DNA from: the human T2T-CHM13v2.0 reference genome, Homo sapiens
Strand: one strand, 5' to 3'
Assembly: GCF_009914755.1 (NCBI RefSeq)
Contig: NC_060931.1
Length of the DNA: 64,000 bases
In this document: piece by piece, positions 39,701 to 54,830 of the stretch
How positions within the stretch are numbered: the first letter of the stretch is position 1
How the letters are laid out: every line of letters begins with the position of its first letter
Position numbers and translations under genes: made by a program
The notes under the pieces: generated by a model
Told to the model about the DNA's origin: nothing
Database searches by the model: none
The model's input: the letters and a program-made list of their open reading frames with translations, nothing else

Positions 39701-42700
39701 ACTCTCCACCACAAATCAACAGGATGCACATTCTTCTCAGCACCACAACGCACTTATTCTGAAATTGATGACATAATTGGAAGTAAAACACTCGTCAGCA
39801 AATGCAAAAGAGCAGAAATCATAACAAACCATCTCTCAGACCACAGTGCAATCAAATTAGGACTCAGGATTAAGAAACTCACTCATAACCGCATAACTAC
39901 ATGGAAACTGAACAACCTGCTTCTGAATGACCACTGGGTAAATAACGAAATTAAGGCAGAAACACATAAGTTCTTTGAAACCGATGAGAACAAAGATACA
40001 ACATACCAAAATATCTGGGACGCAGCTAAAGCAGTGTTTAGAGGGAAATTTATAGCACTAAATGCCCACAAGAGAAAGCAGGAAAGATCTAAAATCAACA
40101 CCCTAACATCACAATTTAAAACACTAGAGAAGCAAGAGCAAACAAATTCAAAAGCTAGCAGAAGACAAGAAATAACTAAGATCAGAGCAGAACTGAAGGA
40201 GATAAAGACATGAAAAACCCTTCAAAAAATCAGTGAATCCAGGAGGTGGTTTTTTGAAAAGATCAACAAAATAGATAGAGCGCTAGCCAGACTAATAAAG
40301 AGGAAAAGAGAGAAGAATCAAATAGACACAATATAAAATAATAAAGGGGATATCACCACTGATACCACAGAAATACAAACTACAATCAGAGAATACTATA
40401 ATACCTCTATGCAAATAAACTAGAAATTCTAGAAGAAATGGTTAAGTTCCTGGACACATACACCCTCTGAAGACTAAATCAGGAAGAAGTCAAATCCCTG
40501 AATAGACCAATGACATTTTCTGAAATTGAGGCAGTAATTAATAGCCTACCAACCAAAAAAAGCCCAAGACTAGACAGATTCATGGCTGAATCCTACCAGA
40601 GGTACAAAGAGGAGCTCATACCATTGCTTCTGAAACTATTCCAAACAATAGAAAAAGAGGGACTCCCCCTAAGAGGGACTCCTCCCTAACTCATTTTATG
40701 AGGCCAGCATCATCTTGATACCAAAACCTGGCAGGGACACACAAAAAAAGAAAATTGCAGGCCAATATCCCTGAAGGAACATCGATGCAATAATCCTCAA
40801 TAAAATACTGGCAAATCAAATCCAGCAGCACATCGAAAAGCTTATCCACCACAATCAAGTCGGATTCATCTCTGGGATGCAAGGCTAGTTCAACATACAC
40901 AAATCAATAAACGTAATCCATCACATAAACAGAACCAATGACAAAAAAACACATGATTATCTCAATAGATGCAGAAAAGGCATTCAATAAAATTCAATAC
41001 CCCATCCATCCATACTAAAAACTCTCAGTAAACTAGGCATTCATGGGAAGTATCTCAAAATAATAAAAGTTATTTATGACAAGCCCACAGCCAATATCAT
41101 ACTGAATGGGCAAAAGCTGGAAGCATTACCTTTGAAAAGTGGCACAAGACAAGGATGCCCTCTCTCACCACTCCTATTCAACATAGTATTGGTAGTTCTG
41201 GCCAGGGCAATCTGGCAGGAGAAAGAAATAAAGGGTATTCAAATAGGAAGAGAGGAAATCAAATTGCCTCTGTTTGCAGATGACATGATTGTACATTTAG
41301 AAAACCCCATTGTCTCAGCCCAAAATCTCCTTAAGCTGATAAGCAACTTCAGCAAAGTCTCAGGATACAAAATCAGTGTGCAAAAATCACAAGCATTCCT
41401 ACACACCAAATAACAGACAGAGAGCCAAATCATGAGTGAACTCCCATTCACAATTGCTACAAAGAGGATAAAATACTTAGGCATACAACTTACAAGGGAT
41501 GTGAAGGACCTCTTCAAGGGGAACTACACACCACTGCTCAACGAAATAAGAGAGGACAAAAACAAATGCAAAAACATTCCATGCTAAAGGATAGGAAGAA
41601 TCAGTATTGTGAAAATGGCCATACTGCTCAAAGTAATTTATAGATTCAGTGCTATCCCCATTAAGCTACCATTGACTTTCTTCACAGAATTAGAAAAAAC
41701 TACTTCAAATTTCACACGGAACCAAAAAAGAGCTCGCATAGCCAAGACAATCTTAAGCAAAAAGAACAAAGCTGGAGGCATTACGCTACCTGACTTCAAA
41801 CTATACTACAAGGCTAAAGTAACCAAAACAGCAAGGTACTGATACCAAAACAGATATATAGACCAATGGAACAAAACAGAGGCCTCAGAAGTAACACCGC
41901 ATATCTATAACCATCTGATCTTTGAAAAACCTGACAAAAACAAGAAATGGGGAAAGGATTCCCTATTTAATGAATGGTGCTGGGAAAACTGGCTAAACAT
42001 ATGCAGAAAACTGAAACTGGATCCCTTCCTTACACCTTATAGAAAATTTAACTCAAAATGGATTAAATACTTAAATGTAAGACCTAAAACCATAAAAACC
42101 CTAGAAGAAAACCTAGGCAATACCATTCAGGACATAGGCATGGGCAAAGACTTCGAGACTAAAACACCAAAAGCAATGGCAACAAAAGCCAAAATTGACA
42201 AATGTGATCTAATTAAATTAAAGAGCTTCTGCATCTGCATAGCAAAAGAAACTATCATCAGAGTGAACAGACAACCTACAGAATGGGAGAAAATGTTTGC
42301 AATCTATCCATCTGACAAAGGGCTAATATCCAGAATCTACAAAGAACTTAAAGAAATTTACAGAAAGAAAACAACCCCATCAAAAAGTGGGCCAAGGATA
42401 TGAACAGACACTTCTCAAAAGAAGACATTTATGTGGCCACAAATATATGAAAAAAAGCTCATTATCACTGGTCATTAGAGAAATGCAAATCAAAACCACA
42501 ATGAGATACCATCTCACGCCAGTTATAGTGGTGATCATTAAAAAGTCAGGAAACAACAGATGCTGGAGAGGATGTGGAGAAATAGGAACGCTTTTACACT
42601 GTTGGTGGGAGTGTAAATAAGTTCAACCACTGTGGAAGACAGTGTGGTGATTCCTCAAGGATCTAGAACAAGAAATACCATTTGACCCAGCAATCTCATT

Positions 42701-43222
42701 ACTGGGTATATACCCAAAGGATTATAAATAATTCTACTATAAAGACACACGCATACATAGGTATATTGTGGCACTATTCACAATAGCAAAGACTTGGAAC
42801 CAACCCAAATGCCCATCAGTGATAGACTGGATAAAGAAAACGTGGCAAATATACACCATGGAATACTATGCAGCCATAAAAAAGGATGAGTTCATGTCCT
42901 TTGCTGGGACATGGGTGAAGCTGGAAACCATCATTCTCAGCAAACTATCACAAGGACAGAAAACCAAACACCACATGTTCTCACTCATAAGTGGGAGTTG
43001 AACAATGAGAACACGTGGACACAGGGAGGGGAAAATCACACACCAGGGCCTGTCAGGGAGTGTGGGGGCTAGGGGAGGGATACCATTAGGAGAAATACCT
43101 AATGTAGATGATGAGTTGATGGGTGCAGCAAACCACCATGGCATGTGTATACCTATGTGACAAACTGGCATGTTCTCCACATGTATACCAGAACTTAAAG
43201 TATTATTTAAAAAATTTAAAAA
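36732..43222 (+). mobile_element. Full-length inactive L1PA7/L1PA8-like LINE-1 (~6.5 kb)
   Basis: 5'UTR ggctggcaagatggcc...; ORF1 remnant ~38071-39090; ORF2 remnant 39158-43001 (EN, RT with FADD, C-terminal pieces) broken by stops and frameshifts; TSD aggaatcaggaaata/aggaataaggaaata. Confidence 0.95.
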
Positions 43223-43289
43223 AGGAATAAGGAAATAGAAGTTAAAAATGTAAAGATACATTTTACGTGTGTGTGTATGCTTTTGAGAT

Positions 43290-44010
43290 ATAATTCTCTC
43301 AAAACCAATCCAATGCAACTAAAATATCAGGTATATTTTGTAGCATTATGTGGATTTTATTTTAAAGAGAAAAGATTAAAAATAAGTGAGCTATACATTC
43401 ATCTCAAGAAGGCAAGGAAAATAAAACAGAAATAAATGGATTAGAAACCAAACTAGTTCAATTGCAAGATTTTGGCAGGTTGCATAAAAGAACATATAAA
43501 AGTCAATAGCATTCTTACCCTATTGGCATAATTATCAAAATAAAGAACTAATAGCTACTAGATCTAATAAAAGAGTTCAACAAAATAGTTAAGTGACACA
43601 TAAATCAATAACCCTCTGTCAAAAATTTCTCAAATGAAGATATAATAGGAAAAAATATTTATTTATAATAGCAACAAAATCCATAAGGTACCTTAGAACA
43701 AATCTAATAGAAAATGTTTACTGTATTCATTGATAAAGTTGTAAATCATGATTGAATAAAAGACATGAATAAATTAAGAAATATACTATTCTCATGAATG
43801 AAAAGACAATGTTTAAAAATATTATCTCTCCTCAAATTTATGTTTCTATTCAGTAAAATTTCAACTTGAGTTTTCAATCACATTTTTCACAAAACTTGAT
43901 AAGCTGTTCCTATAATTCATATGGAAGAGTAAATAGCCATAAGTTAGAGAATTTTAAAGAGCAAGTTAGAGCAACATCCCCTATCTGATATCAAGATCCA
44001 ATATCTAAAC
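43290..44010 (+). mobile_element. Ancient L1M ORF2 relic (continuation)
   Basis: gatctaataaaagagttcaacaaa; ttctcatgaatgaaaagac; aattcatatggaagag. Confidence 0.6.
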
Positions 44011-44478
44011 TTGGAGTTTCTCTGTCGTAGAAGTTTAGAACTCAGACCCAGAAAATTCTAACAAGTAAGGTTTTGGATGTATATAACTAGGATGCAAAGC
44101 CACTGTTGGGAAATTCTGTTTTAAGGACCATATATCTTGAAGAGTAAGCGGAGGCAGAAAATCCACTGACAAAAATAGAGAAATGAAAGGGACAAAGAAA
44201 ACAGAAAAAAAAAGATGAGAGAACATGAAAGTCCAAAAGAGACTACATTTCTGGTGACTTTTTATTTCCTTGTTGCTGTTCCTAGTGATCCCTATTTTCA
44301 CCTCTCACCCAGAAGTTGCCTTATTTATGATACATTTAATTTTTTCTTAAAGCTACCTTGAAGGGTTTTATTTTCAACCAATGAACAAGTTTGATTGTTA
44401 TCAAAGTATACTTGACCTTAGAAATTAAAATGATGTCCTACTTTATAAAATACCATAGGCTCTATGCCTTTGTCTTCC

Positions 44479-45284
44479 TGAAAGGAAGAAGCGAGGCAAA
44501 ATTATTATAAGTAGTTTATTTGGGCCAAGCTTGCAGGTTGCAACCTAGGAGTGTAGATTGATTTAACATGCCCTGAATATACACTCTAATTAGCAACATG
44601 AGTAGGTTTTTCAAAGGAAAGGAACAGACAGTTCCTAAGTTATTTATAAATAATTTACATTAAAATAGCATAAGTTATACACTGTTCTTTGTATCGAAAA
44701 TTCCAGGAACATGAAGATAATGGATGAGGCAGCTAGTCAAGAACAAAATTCCTTTATACCAGTGGTCCACAACTTTTTGGCACCAAGGACTGGTTTCATG
44801 GAAGACAATTTTACCACAGACTTGGGTGGTGGGGGGGCTACGGAGGTAGTTGATTTGGGGATGAAACTGTTCCACCTCAGATCATCAGGCAGTAGTTACA
44901 TTCTCATAAGAAGCAGTCAACCTAGATCCCTCACATATGCAGTTCACAGTAGGGTTTGGGCTCCTATGAGAATCTAATGCCACCACTGATCTGACAGGAG
45001 ATGGATCTTAGGTCTTTATGGGAGTGATGGGGAGAAGCTGTAAATCCAGATGAAGCTTCACTTGCTCACCCACCTCTTACCACCTGCTGTGCAGCCCAGT
45101 TCCTAACAGACTACAGACCAGACTACAGTACTGGTCCACGGCCCAGGGCTTGGGGACCCCTGCTTTAAACAATTGCCCCCAGGCATGAGGGGGCAGGGCA
45201 TGACTGAAATCCCATCCTCATGTCTCTCTGGGCTTGCATAACTCACAGAGCTCAGGCTGCTCTAAGGTATTTTTCTTTTCTGAC
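44479..45284 (-). mobile_element. Probable ERV1-class LTR (subfamily unassigned) split by MER1
   Basis: TG start with tttatt (antisense poly(A) signal) about 40 nt in; host sequence resumes after the MER1 TSD. Confidence 0.45.
44760..45162 (+). mobile_element. MER1 family (hAT-Charlie) DNA element
   Basis: cagtggtccacaac / gcttggggacccctg TIRs; 8-bp TSD ctttatac/ctttaaac. Confidence 0.92.
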
Positions 45285-45599
45285 CCCCAGTGATAGAACA
45301 GCTTTATAGATGCAGCAAATTGACCCATTAATTTTTTTTAATTGAGCAAAGAGACAATATAAAAAGAGCAGTTTTCAAAAACCATTCCTCTGTGTCTTAT
45401 GTGGGTAAGGTTATGCTGCTAGTAGAAGCATAGCTAAAAGCTTTTAAAGCAACTATGCCAGTCTTTTGCTAGCATATCCGTATGAACTTCTTCTGTGGTC
45501 TCACATAATGATAGTACTTCTTTGGATATGTTTCCAATACACACACTCCTTAAGCAGAGTGAAGGAAAAGAGATCCACTGCTATTCAGTCTCAGCATAG

Positions 45600-46034
<435 letters not shown>

Positions 46035-47309
46035 TCATTTATTTTTGCTGTTTTAATAGTGTTGTTTTACCCTATGATTGTTAAATCTTGGTAATAGGAT
46101 ATAGTTACTTCCCCCCAAATTTTTGTTCCTTTTACTGATGAGAAGCAGAATGCATATTCATAATACACCTTCTAGCACCATAAACCATTATAATTTTGAG
46201 TATCACATAGTGGGCTCCACAACTTTTGCAAAAGTTTCTTCCATCTTGTGCCATGCTGGCTATCTCAAATGATGGAATTATCATGTCCTGAACCATCTGA
46301 GTAGGCCTACAGTATCTGGTTTCACAGTGGTGTAATTACCTTATGTCAGTAATGTAAATGATTTCTTTCTTGGATTTTGGCCAGCACATTCTTTTTAACA
46401 TGTTTCTACCATTTTTTTTTCCTTTTTTTTTTTTTGACATTGTCCTCAGCATTACTATGTAAAAATATTGTTCTACTTTACCTAAGCTGATCAGGAGCTG
46501 CTATACATGAATTACAATCTATGATCCCAAGGACAAGAATTCTGTCTTTAGGTAATAGAAGGCTATTGCATTGAAAGCTGCCCCTTTTATTCATGTGACA
46601 CAGAGTACTTCACACCTATTGGGTAGGTTATTTTCATAGATTTCGTAGGCTGACCTTACAATTCATCATCCAAACCATTTTACTTATGAAAGTTAAAAGG
46701 GGTGCTATTATTAATTACACTAGAACATTAGGCATAAGTAAGCACTACTACAATTACATCAACATGTATCCTCATCCCAGTTATTATGCAAGTAAAAGTT
46801 AGATATAATAATGCATTTGGAGGGTATTTTGTGTGTGTGATTTCCTTGATCCCTAAAATTACAGTGTTAAAAAGATGGCACATCTCTGAAATGTGTAAAG
46901 CAAATTGCTTACAAAACCAAACAATCCTCACTTTGTGCCACTTCTGCTCTTAAATTTTATCTCTATTACTGAACTGGTGACAGATATTGCCATTATTGGT
47001 TTATGTCTCTAATGCTGTGCTCCATTGCTGTGCTCAAGCCAGGTAAGATGTAGGACAAATATATTGCTTGCAGCCTAGAAGGAGCTCAATCAGTATTTTT
47101 TGAATTGAACCCATTTGAATAAAAATGAATTGAAAAGAATAGAATGTTTTAGGAACCTTCCATTTTCAGGAGCATTCATAAAGAATCAGCTGTGCAAAAG
47201 ATACAGTGTGTTATGTGTAGTGTACTTGTATGTAAATATAGTACCACAGAGCACACTGACATAGAACTGTGTAATTTATAAGAATAGCTCAGTGTATCTG
47301 GATTGAAGG

Positions 47310-47540
47310 TACAACATAGTGAAATAGTTAAGAGGATCAACTCTGGAGAAAAACTGCTAAGGATCTGAATCTAGACTTTACTGCTGACTAGCTATGTAAC
47401 CTTGGAAAAATTAATCTATGCATCTGTTTCCACCTATAAAATGAGAAAATTTTCTCAAGCAGTTGTGAAAAATAAAATGTGTTATTTTCCATAAGGAGTT
47501 TTAAATACTACCCAATTTACTATAAACACTCAATAATTGG
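47310..47540 (+). mobile_element. MIR
   Basis: ctagctatgtaaccttggaaaa...tgtttccacctataaaatgaga. Confidence 0.65.
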
Positions 47541-47811
47541 CCATAAATTTATTATTTTTATTGTTGATATTATTAAAGATGGAAACCTCACATGCACAGA
47601 TCAGTAGGATATATATGTAGAAGTTATATTCAAAGATTGAGTACAACTTGATACTGTTTATTCATATAATAAAAAATCAACTGTTGTATTTAAATTAAAT
47701 AGTAATTTAAGGATGCGAATAGGACTAAATAGGCCAAAAGAATTCACATGCGAAGAGCCAATCTGACTTGAATTATAATCTATAGGCTTACCCAACATGC
47801 TAAAGGCTATA

Positions 47812-48200
47812 CCCGCTTCTTCAATTTTCTGGAAGAGTTTCAGAGGAATTGGTATTCATTTTTCGCTGAATGTTTAATAGGATTCAGCAGAGAAGCTATC
47901 AGGTCCTGGGCTTTTCTTTGAGAGGAGATTTTTAATTACAGATTTAATCTTATTACTCATAATTAGTCTGTTCAAGTTTTCTATTTATTTTTGGCTCAGT
48001 CTTAGTAGATTGTATGTGTCCAGGAATTTATTTATTTTTCCTAGGTTTTCCAATTTGTTGGTTTACAGTTGTTCATAATAGTCTCTAATGATCCTTTTTA
48101 GTTCTGTGGTATCAGTGGTAATCTACCCTTTTAATTTTTATTTTATTTATTTGGTTTTTTTTTTTCTTTTTTTTCTTTGTTAGTCTAGTTAGTGGTTTGC
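47812..48200 (-). mobile_element. Inverted 5' segment of L1MA-like element
   Basis: Antisense ORF2 text whose left end adjoins, in consensus order, the start of the sense segment. Confidence 0.8.
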
Positions 48201-48227
48201 CAGTTCTCAAAATTTTATAGAAAATTG

Positions 48228-49667
<1,440 letters not shown>

Positions 49668-49820
49668 AAATTAGTCAGGCATTCCTGGCATGTACCTGTA
49701 GTCCTAGCTACCCAGGAGGCTGAGGCAGAAGAATAGTTTGAGCCCAGGAGTTTGAGATGGCAGTGAGCTATGAACACGTCATTGCACTCCAGCCTCAGCA
49801 ATGGAGTGAGACAGACACAG
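49668..49820 (+). mobile_element. AluJ right monomer
   Basis: ttagtcaggc...gagcccaggagtttgag...gtgagctatga...cactccagcc. Confidence 0.88.
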
Positions 49821-50041
49821 AAAGAAAAGAAAAGAAGAAAGAAAAAAGAAAAGAAAAGAAGAAAGAAAAAAGAAAAGAAAAGAAGAAAGAAAAGAAGATA
49901 GAAAAGAAGAGAGGAGAGAGAGAGAAAGGGAGAAGGGGAGAAGAAAGGGAGAGAGGGAGAGAAAGAGAGAGAGAGGAAGGAAGGAAGGAAGGAAGGAAGG
50001 AAGGAAGGAAGGAAGGCAGGCAGGCAGGCAGGCAGGCAGGC
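49820..50041. repeat. Polypurine compound microsatellite (GAAAA/GA/GGAA/GGCA)
   Basis: Directly follows the Alu right monomer. Confidence 0.95.
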
Positions 50042-52990
50042 AAATTTAAGGAAGTAATTCTTCCAAATTCATTATTTGTTTGATTCTATGAGGCTAGCAT
50101 TACCCTGTACCAAAACCAGCTAAGGATACACACACAAAAATAGAAACCTACAGGCCAATATGCCTGATGAATATAGATTTTAAAAAATCCTCAACAAAAT
50201 TCTAGCAAACTGAATCCAGTAACACATTAAAAAAATCATTCACCATGATCAGGTAGGATTTATCCTAAGGTTGTAAGGATGGTTCAACATACACAAATCA
50301 ATAAATATGATACACTATATTAATATAATAAACAACAAAATAATATAATCATCCCAATATATGCAGAAAAAGCATCTGATAAAATTTAATGTCCCTGCAT
50401 AAATAAGACTCTCAACAAACTAGGTATAGAAGGAACCTACCTCAACACAATAAAGGCCATATATGACAAACCCGCAGCTAACATACCTAACAGGAAAAAG
50501 TTAAAAGCTTTTCCTCTAAGAACTGGAATAAGACAGTAATGTCTACTTTCACCACTCTCATTCAACATAGTACTAAAAGTCTTGGCTAGAACAATCAGGC
50601 AAGGGAAAATAATAAACGGCATCCAAACTGGAAAGGGGGAAGTCAATTTGTTCCTGTTTGAAGATGATATGATCTTATATACATATTTTTAAACCCTAAA
50701 AACTCTCCCAAAAAACCCTTAAAACTGATAAACATATTCAGTAAAAATACAGGCAATAAAATCTACATACAAAAATGAATAGCATTTCTCTACACCAACA
50801 ACTAGCAAAAAAAGAAATTAAGAAAACAATTATATTCATAATATCCACGAAATATACCTATGAATTGATTTAACCAAAGAGGCGAAAGATCCCTATAAGA
50901 AAAACTATAAAACACTGAAGAAAAAAAATTGAAAAAAAAAACACAAATGGAAAGACATCCTGTGTTCATGGATTCAAATAATTAATATTGTGAAAATAAC
51001 CATACTGCCAAAAGCAATCTATAGATTCAGTTCAATCTCTATCACAATTCTAATGAAATTCTTTACAAAAATAGAAAAAGGCAACCCTAAAATTCCTACG
51101 AAACCACAAAAGACCCCCAAATAGCCAAAGCAATTCTCAGGAAATAGAACAAAACTAGAGGCATCACACCACCTGACTTTAAAGTATACTACAAAGTTAA
51201 ACCAAAACAGCCTGGTAGTGGCATAAAAACTGACATATAGACCAGTGGAACAAAACAGAGAAACTAGAAACAGCCACTGATTTTTGACAAAGGCAACAAA
51301 AACATTCTTTGGGAAAGACATTCTCTTTAATAAATAGTGGTGGGAAAACTGAATTTCCATATGCAGAAGAATAAAACTAGACCTCTCTCATCATATTAAA
51401 AAAATCAACTCAAAATGAATTAAGGACATAAATGGTGTAAGACCGCAAATTTTGAAACTACTAGAGGACAACATAGGGGAAATATTTCAGGACATTGGTC
51501 TAGGCAAAGATTTTATGGAGAAGCCCTTAATAGCCCAGACAACAAAAGCGAAAGTAGACAAATGGGATTATATCAAACTAGAAAGCTTCTGTACAGCAAA
51601 GTAAACAATGAACAGAGTAAACAGACAATCAGTAGAAAAATATTTGCAAATATTAATCCAACAAGGAATTAATAGCCAGAATATACAAGAAACTGAAACA
51701 ACTCAGCCAATAAACAAGTACCTTGATTAAACACTGCATATTCTCACTCATAGGTGGGAATTGAACAATGAGATCACATGGACACAGGAAGGGGAATATC
51801 ACACTCTGGGGACTGTGGTGGGGTGGGGGGAGGGGGGAGGGATAGCATTGGGAGATATACCTAATGCTAGATGACAAGTTAGTGGGTGCAGCACACCAGC
51901 ATGGCACATGTATACATATGTAACTAACCTGCACAATGTGCACATGTACCCTAAAACTTAAAGTATAATAAAAAAAAGAAGAAAAAAAAGATGAGAAAAA
52001 AAAGTTAGCAAATGAGCTGAATAAACATTTCTCAAAATAAGAATATAAATGGCCAATCGGTATATTTAACAAAAAGTGCTCACCATCACTAATCATCAGG
52101 GAAATGCAAATCAAAACCACAATAAAATATCACCTCATTCCAATCAGCATGGCTATCAACAAAAAGATAAAATACAACAAATGTTGGCAAGAACGTGGAG
52201 AAAGGAGGAACCTGATACACTGTGGTAGGAATGTAAATTAGTAAAGCCATTTTGGAAAGCTATATGGAGTTTCATCAAAAACTGCAAGTAGAACTACCAT
52301 ATGATCCAGCAATCCCACTACTGGCTATTTATGAAAAATAAAGGAAATCAGTATGTCAAAAAGACCTCTGAACTGAACCATGAACTGAAGCATGTTTATT
52401 GCAGTACTATTCACAATAGCCCTTGATATGAATCAACTTAAGTTTTCATCAATAGATGAATGGATAAAGAAAATGTGGTATATATACACAATGGAATACT
52501 GCTCAGCCATGAAAAAAATGAAATCCTGTTATCTGTAGCAATATGGATGAGCTTGGAGAACATGATGTTAAGGGAAATAACCCAGGCACAGAAAGACAAA
52601 TACCATATAGTCTCACTCATATGTGGAAGTTTAAAAAGTTGAGCTTATAGAAGTAGAGGGTACTGGAATAGTGGTTACTAGGAGTTTGAATGGATGGGAT
52701 AGATAGAAATTGTCAGAGATTTTGGCTAATGGACACAAAATCACATCTAGATAGGAGGAATACATTCTATCATTCTATAGTACTTAGGGTGAGTAGAACA
52801 GAATTTACAACAATTTATTGTTTATTTTCAAATAGAAGAGTGGATTTGGAATATTCTCAACACAAATAAATGATAAATGTTTGAGGTGATGAATATGTTA
52901 ATTGCCCTGATTTTGTCATTACACATTGTAAAAATATATCAAAATATCACTGTACTCATTTGTACAATTGTCAATTAAAAATAATAAAAG
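50042..52990 (+). mobile_element. L1MA-like element, ORF2 3' part and 3'UTR
   Basis: Degenerate RT text; L1MA-type end tgtttgaggtgatgaatatgttaattgccctgattt...caattaaaaataa. Confidence 0.88.
51730..52003 (+). mobile_element. Short young L1 (L1PA2-like) 3' fragment nested in L1MA
   Basis: gagatcacatgg, aatatcacactctgggg, aatgctagatgac, cacaatgtgc features; A-rich tail. Confidence 0.9.
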
Positions 52991-54449
52991 CAAAAGATTA
53001 TGAAAATATGAAAAACATTATCTTTACTTTCTATTTTCTTTTCCAAATTTCAAAGAGTAGAAATGTATTTAAAATATTTTCACATGTTTATGAAGATAGG
53101 AAATAATCTTTTCTTTATTCCCTTCTTTAGGTAGGACTCCACCATTTCACTTAAAAACAAAGAAATTGTAGTATTTGCATCAAGAAAAAAGGACAATTGG
53201 ATTTTCCAAATATGTATTAATTGGGAAGTCAATTTAATATGTAGAAAAATATCTTTTTAGTGTGTATGTTTAAAATGATTTAAATGTATTTTTCTATAAA
53301 CACTTTATGCTAAAAATGTTTACAAATTCTAACATAAAAGCTTCCTACATAAAATTACTAAAAGTAGGTTATGGGTTAAGTGTTTACAAAGAGAATTTCT
53401 AAACTCATAATGATTTTTAAGCACCATCTCTCTGCTGTTTGATATTATGTTTTATAGAGTTTGTCTTTAAGGAAATTTTAAGTCTGTTTCCACTCAGAAC
53501 CAAGTCAATCATATACAGGATTATTGAATTCTACCGTATGATAGACACGTATCTGGCTTTTCTTTGAGCCTTCAGATACTAGTTGCCAATAGTCTTAAGC
53601 TGTTGCGTGACATGCTACTACATTTCTAGGCTACATTTCTTTCCTTTGGACTCTGCCTCAAAATTAGACATGTCTTTGTATTAACATTTTAATTTCATAT
53701 CTGAGTTTGATATGATGAATCTCGTCAAGAATGAACCTCCACACATTACATGCATCACTACACGAAGTATTAGTAGACCGTATTCTCTGCCATTTGTCAC
53801 TGATTGAATGTTAAAATCATGTGTATGCTGCTGGGTGGGTACTCATATATTAATCAAGCAAATGCTTTCTTTTTCAAAAAAATCCACTGATTATTTTTTC
53901 TAGTTGTTCTGTTTGTTTATCCTAAAAGTTGACATGCATAACAGGTGCAAAACTGAAAGATCAGCCATTTTCAAAGGGCACGGCAGCAGTTAAGAAGATT
54001 GAGTTTCTTACACTTTATGTCTTGTGATGTTTGTTGGTTTTTAAGCTACTGAGCTACTTTATTTGAAAACATGTCTTGTTCTATTTTCACCTTAGCCAGT
54101 GAATTTAAGTTTGCATTATTGTTCTTTTAACATATAATTGGTATTTTATTCCCATGAAATAAAGGGAATGATTCATGTGCTAGAAAAAAATTATAAATAC
54201 AATAAATCAACTTAATTCTTAAGAGAAATGGAGAGAAAAGGGGATGTTTCTTTCCTCCCTACCTCCCAAATCCATTATACGATTCTGTCCTTTTTTTCTC
54301 AATGTCTCTGCCTTTTTCAACCTTGTGTTTGGTAGTTTACTAAAGCACTCTAGTTTTGATTCAGTTAAATTTATTCCTTTTTAAATCAGACCTCAGAGTA
54401 TCCTGTCTTCATTTTAAGGATAATAAAGACCTCATTGCAATTCAATTCT

Positions 54450-54830
54450 ATCCACAAGTATTGACTGAATATTCCTACAAACTAGACCTTGCAGTGTGAT
54501 AGGAAACCTTGTCCATCTTGAACAAGCAGACAGTCCAGTTAGAATGAGTCAAATCCCTAGTGCATGCAAGAAGAAGGCTAGTCAGAGATATGAAAGTGGA
54601 GAGATCCTACTGACTGAAACAGGATACTTCCAAAAGACAGGGTCTTGAATTTCCATAGCAAAGTGTGCAGAACTGGACAGGAAGAGAGAAGTAGAGATAA
54701 CCGAACGTGTCCTTTAGGCAGGGAGGCATACATGAACAGTCATGGAGGTACAGATTCCTATGACATGTTCTGGGGATGATGTCACTAACTAAGGGCTTGA
54801 GACAGGGAGCAGTGAGAAATAAGGTTGAAT
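54450..54830 (-). mobile_element. Degenerate L2
   Basis: caagtattgactgaatattcctac and downstream L2-like text. Confidence 0.5.

Noticed and set aside
38071-43001. L1 ORF1/ORF2 fragments as functional genes or a novel RT system
   Set aside because: Ordinary LINE-1 remnants with many stops and frameshifts.
49757-50083. Lys/Glu/Arg-rich ORF and its antisense ORF
   Set aside because: Translation of a purine microsatellite.
51807-51841. G-quadruplex-like G runs
   Set aside because: Standard feature of young L1 3'UTRs, not locus-specific.
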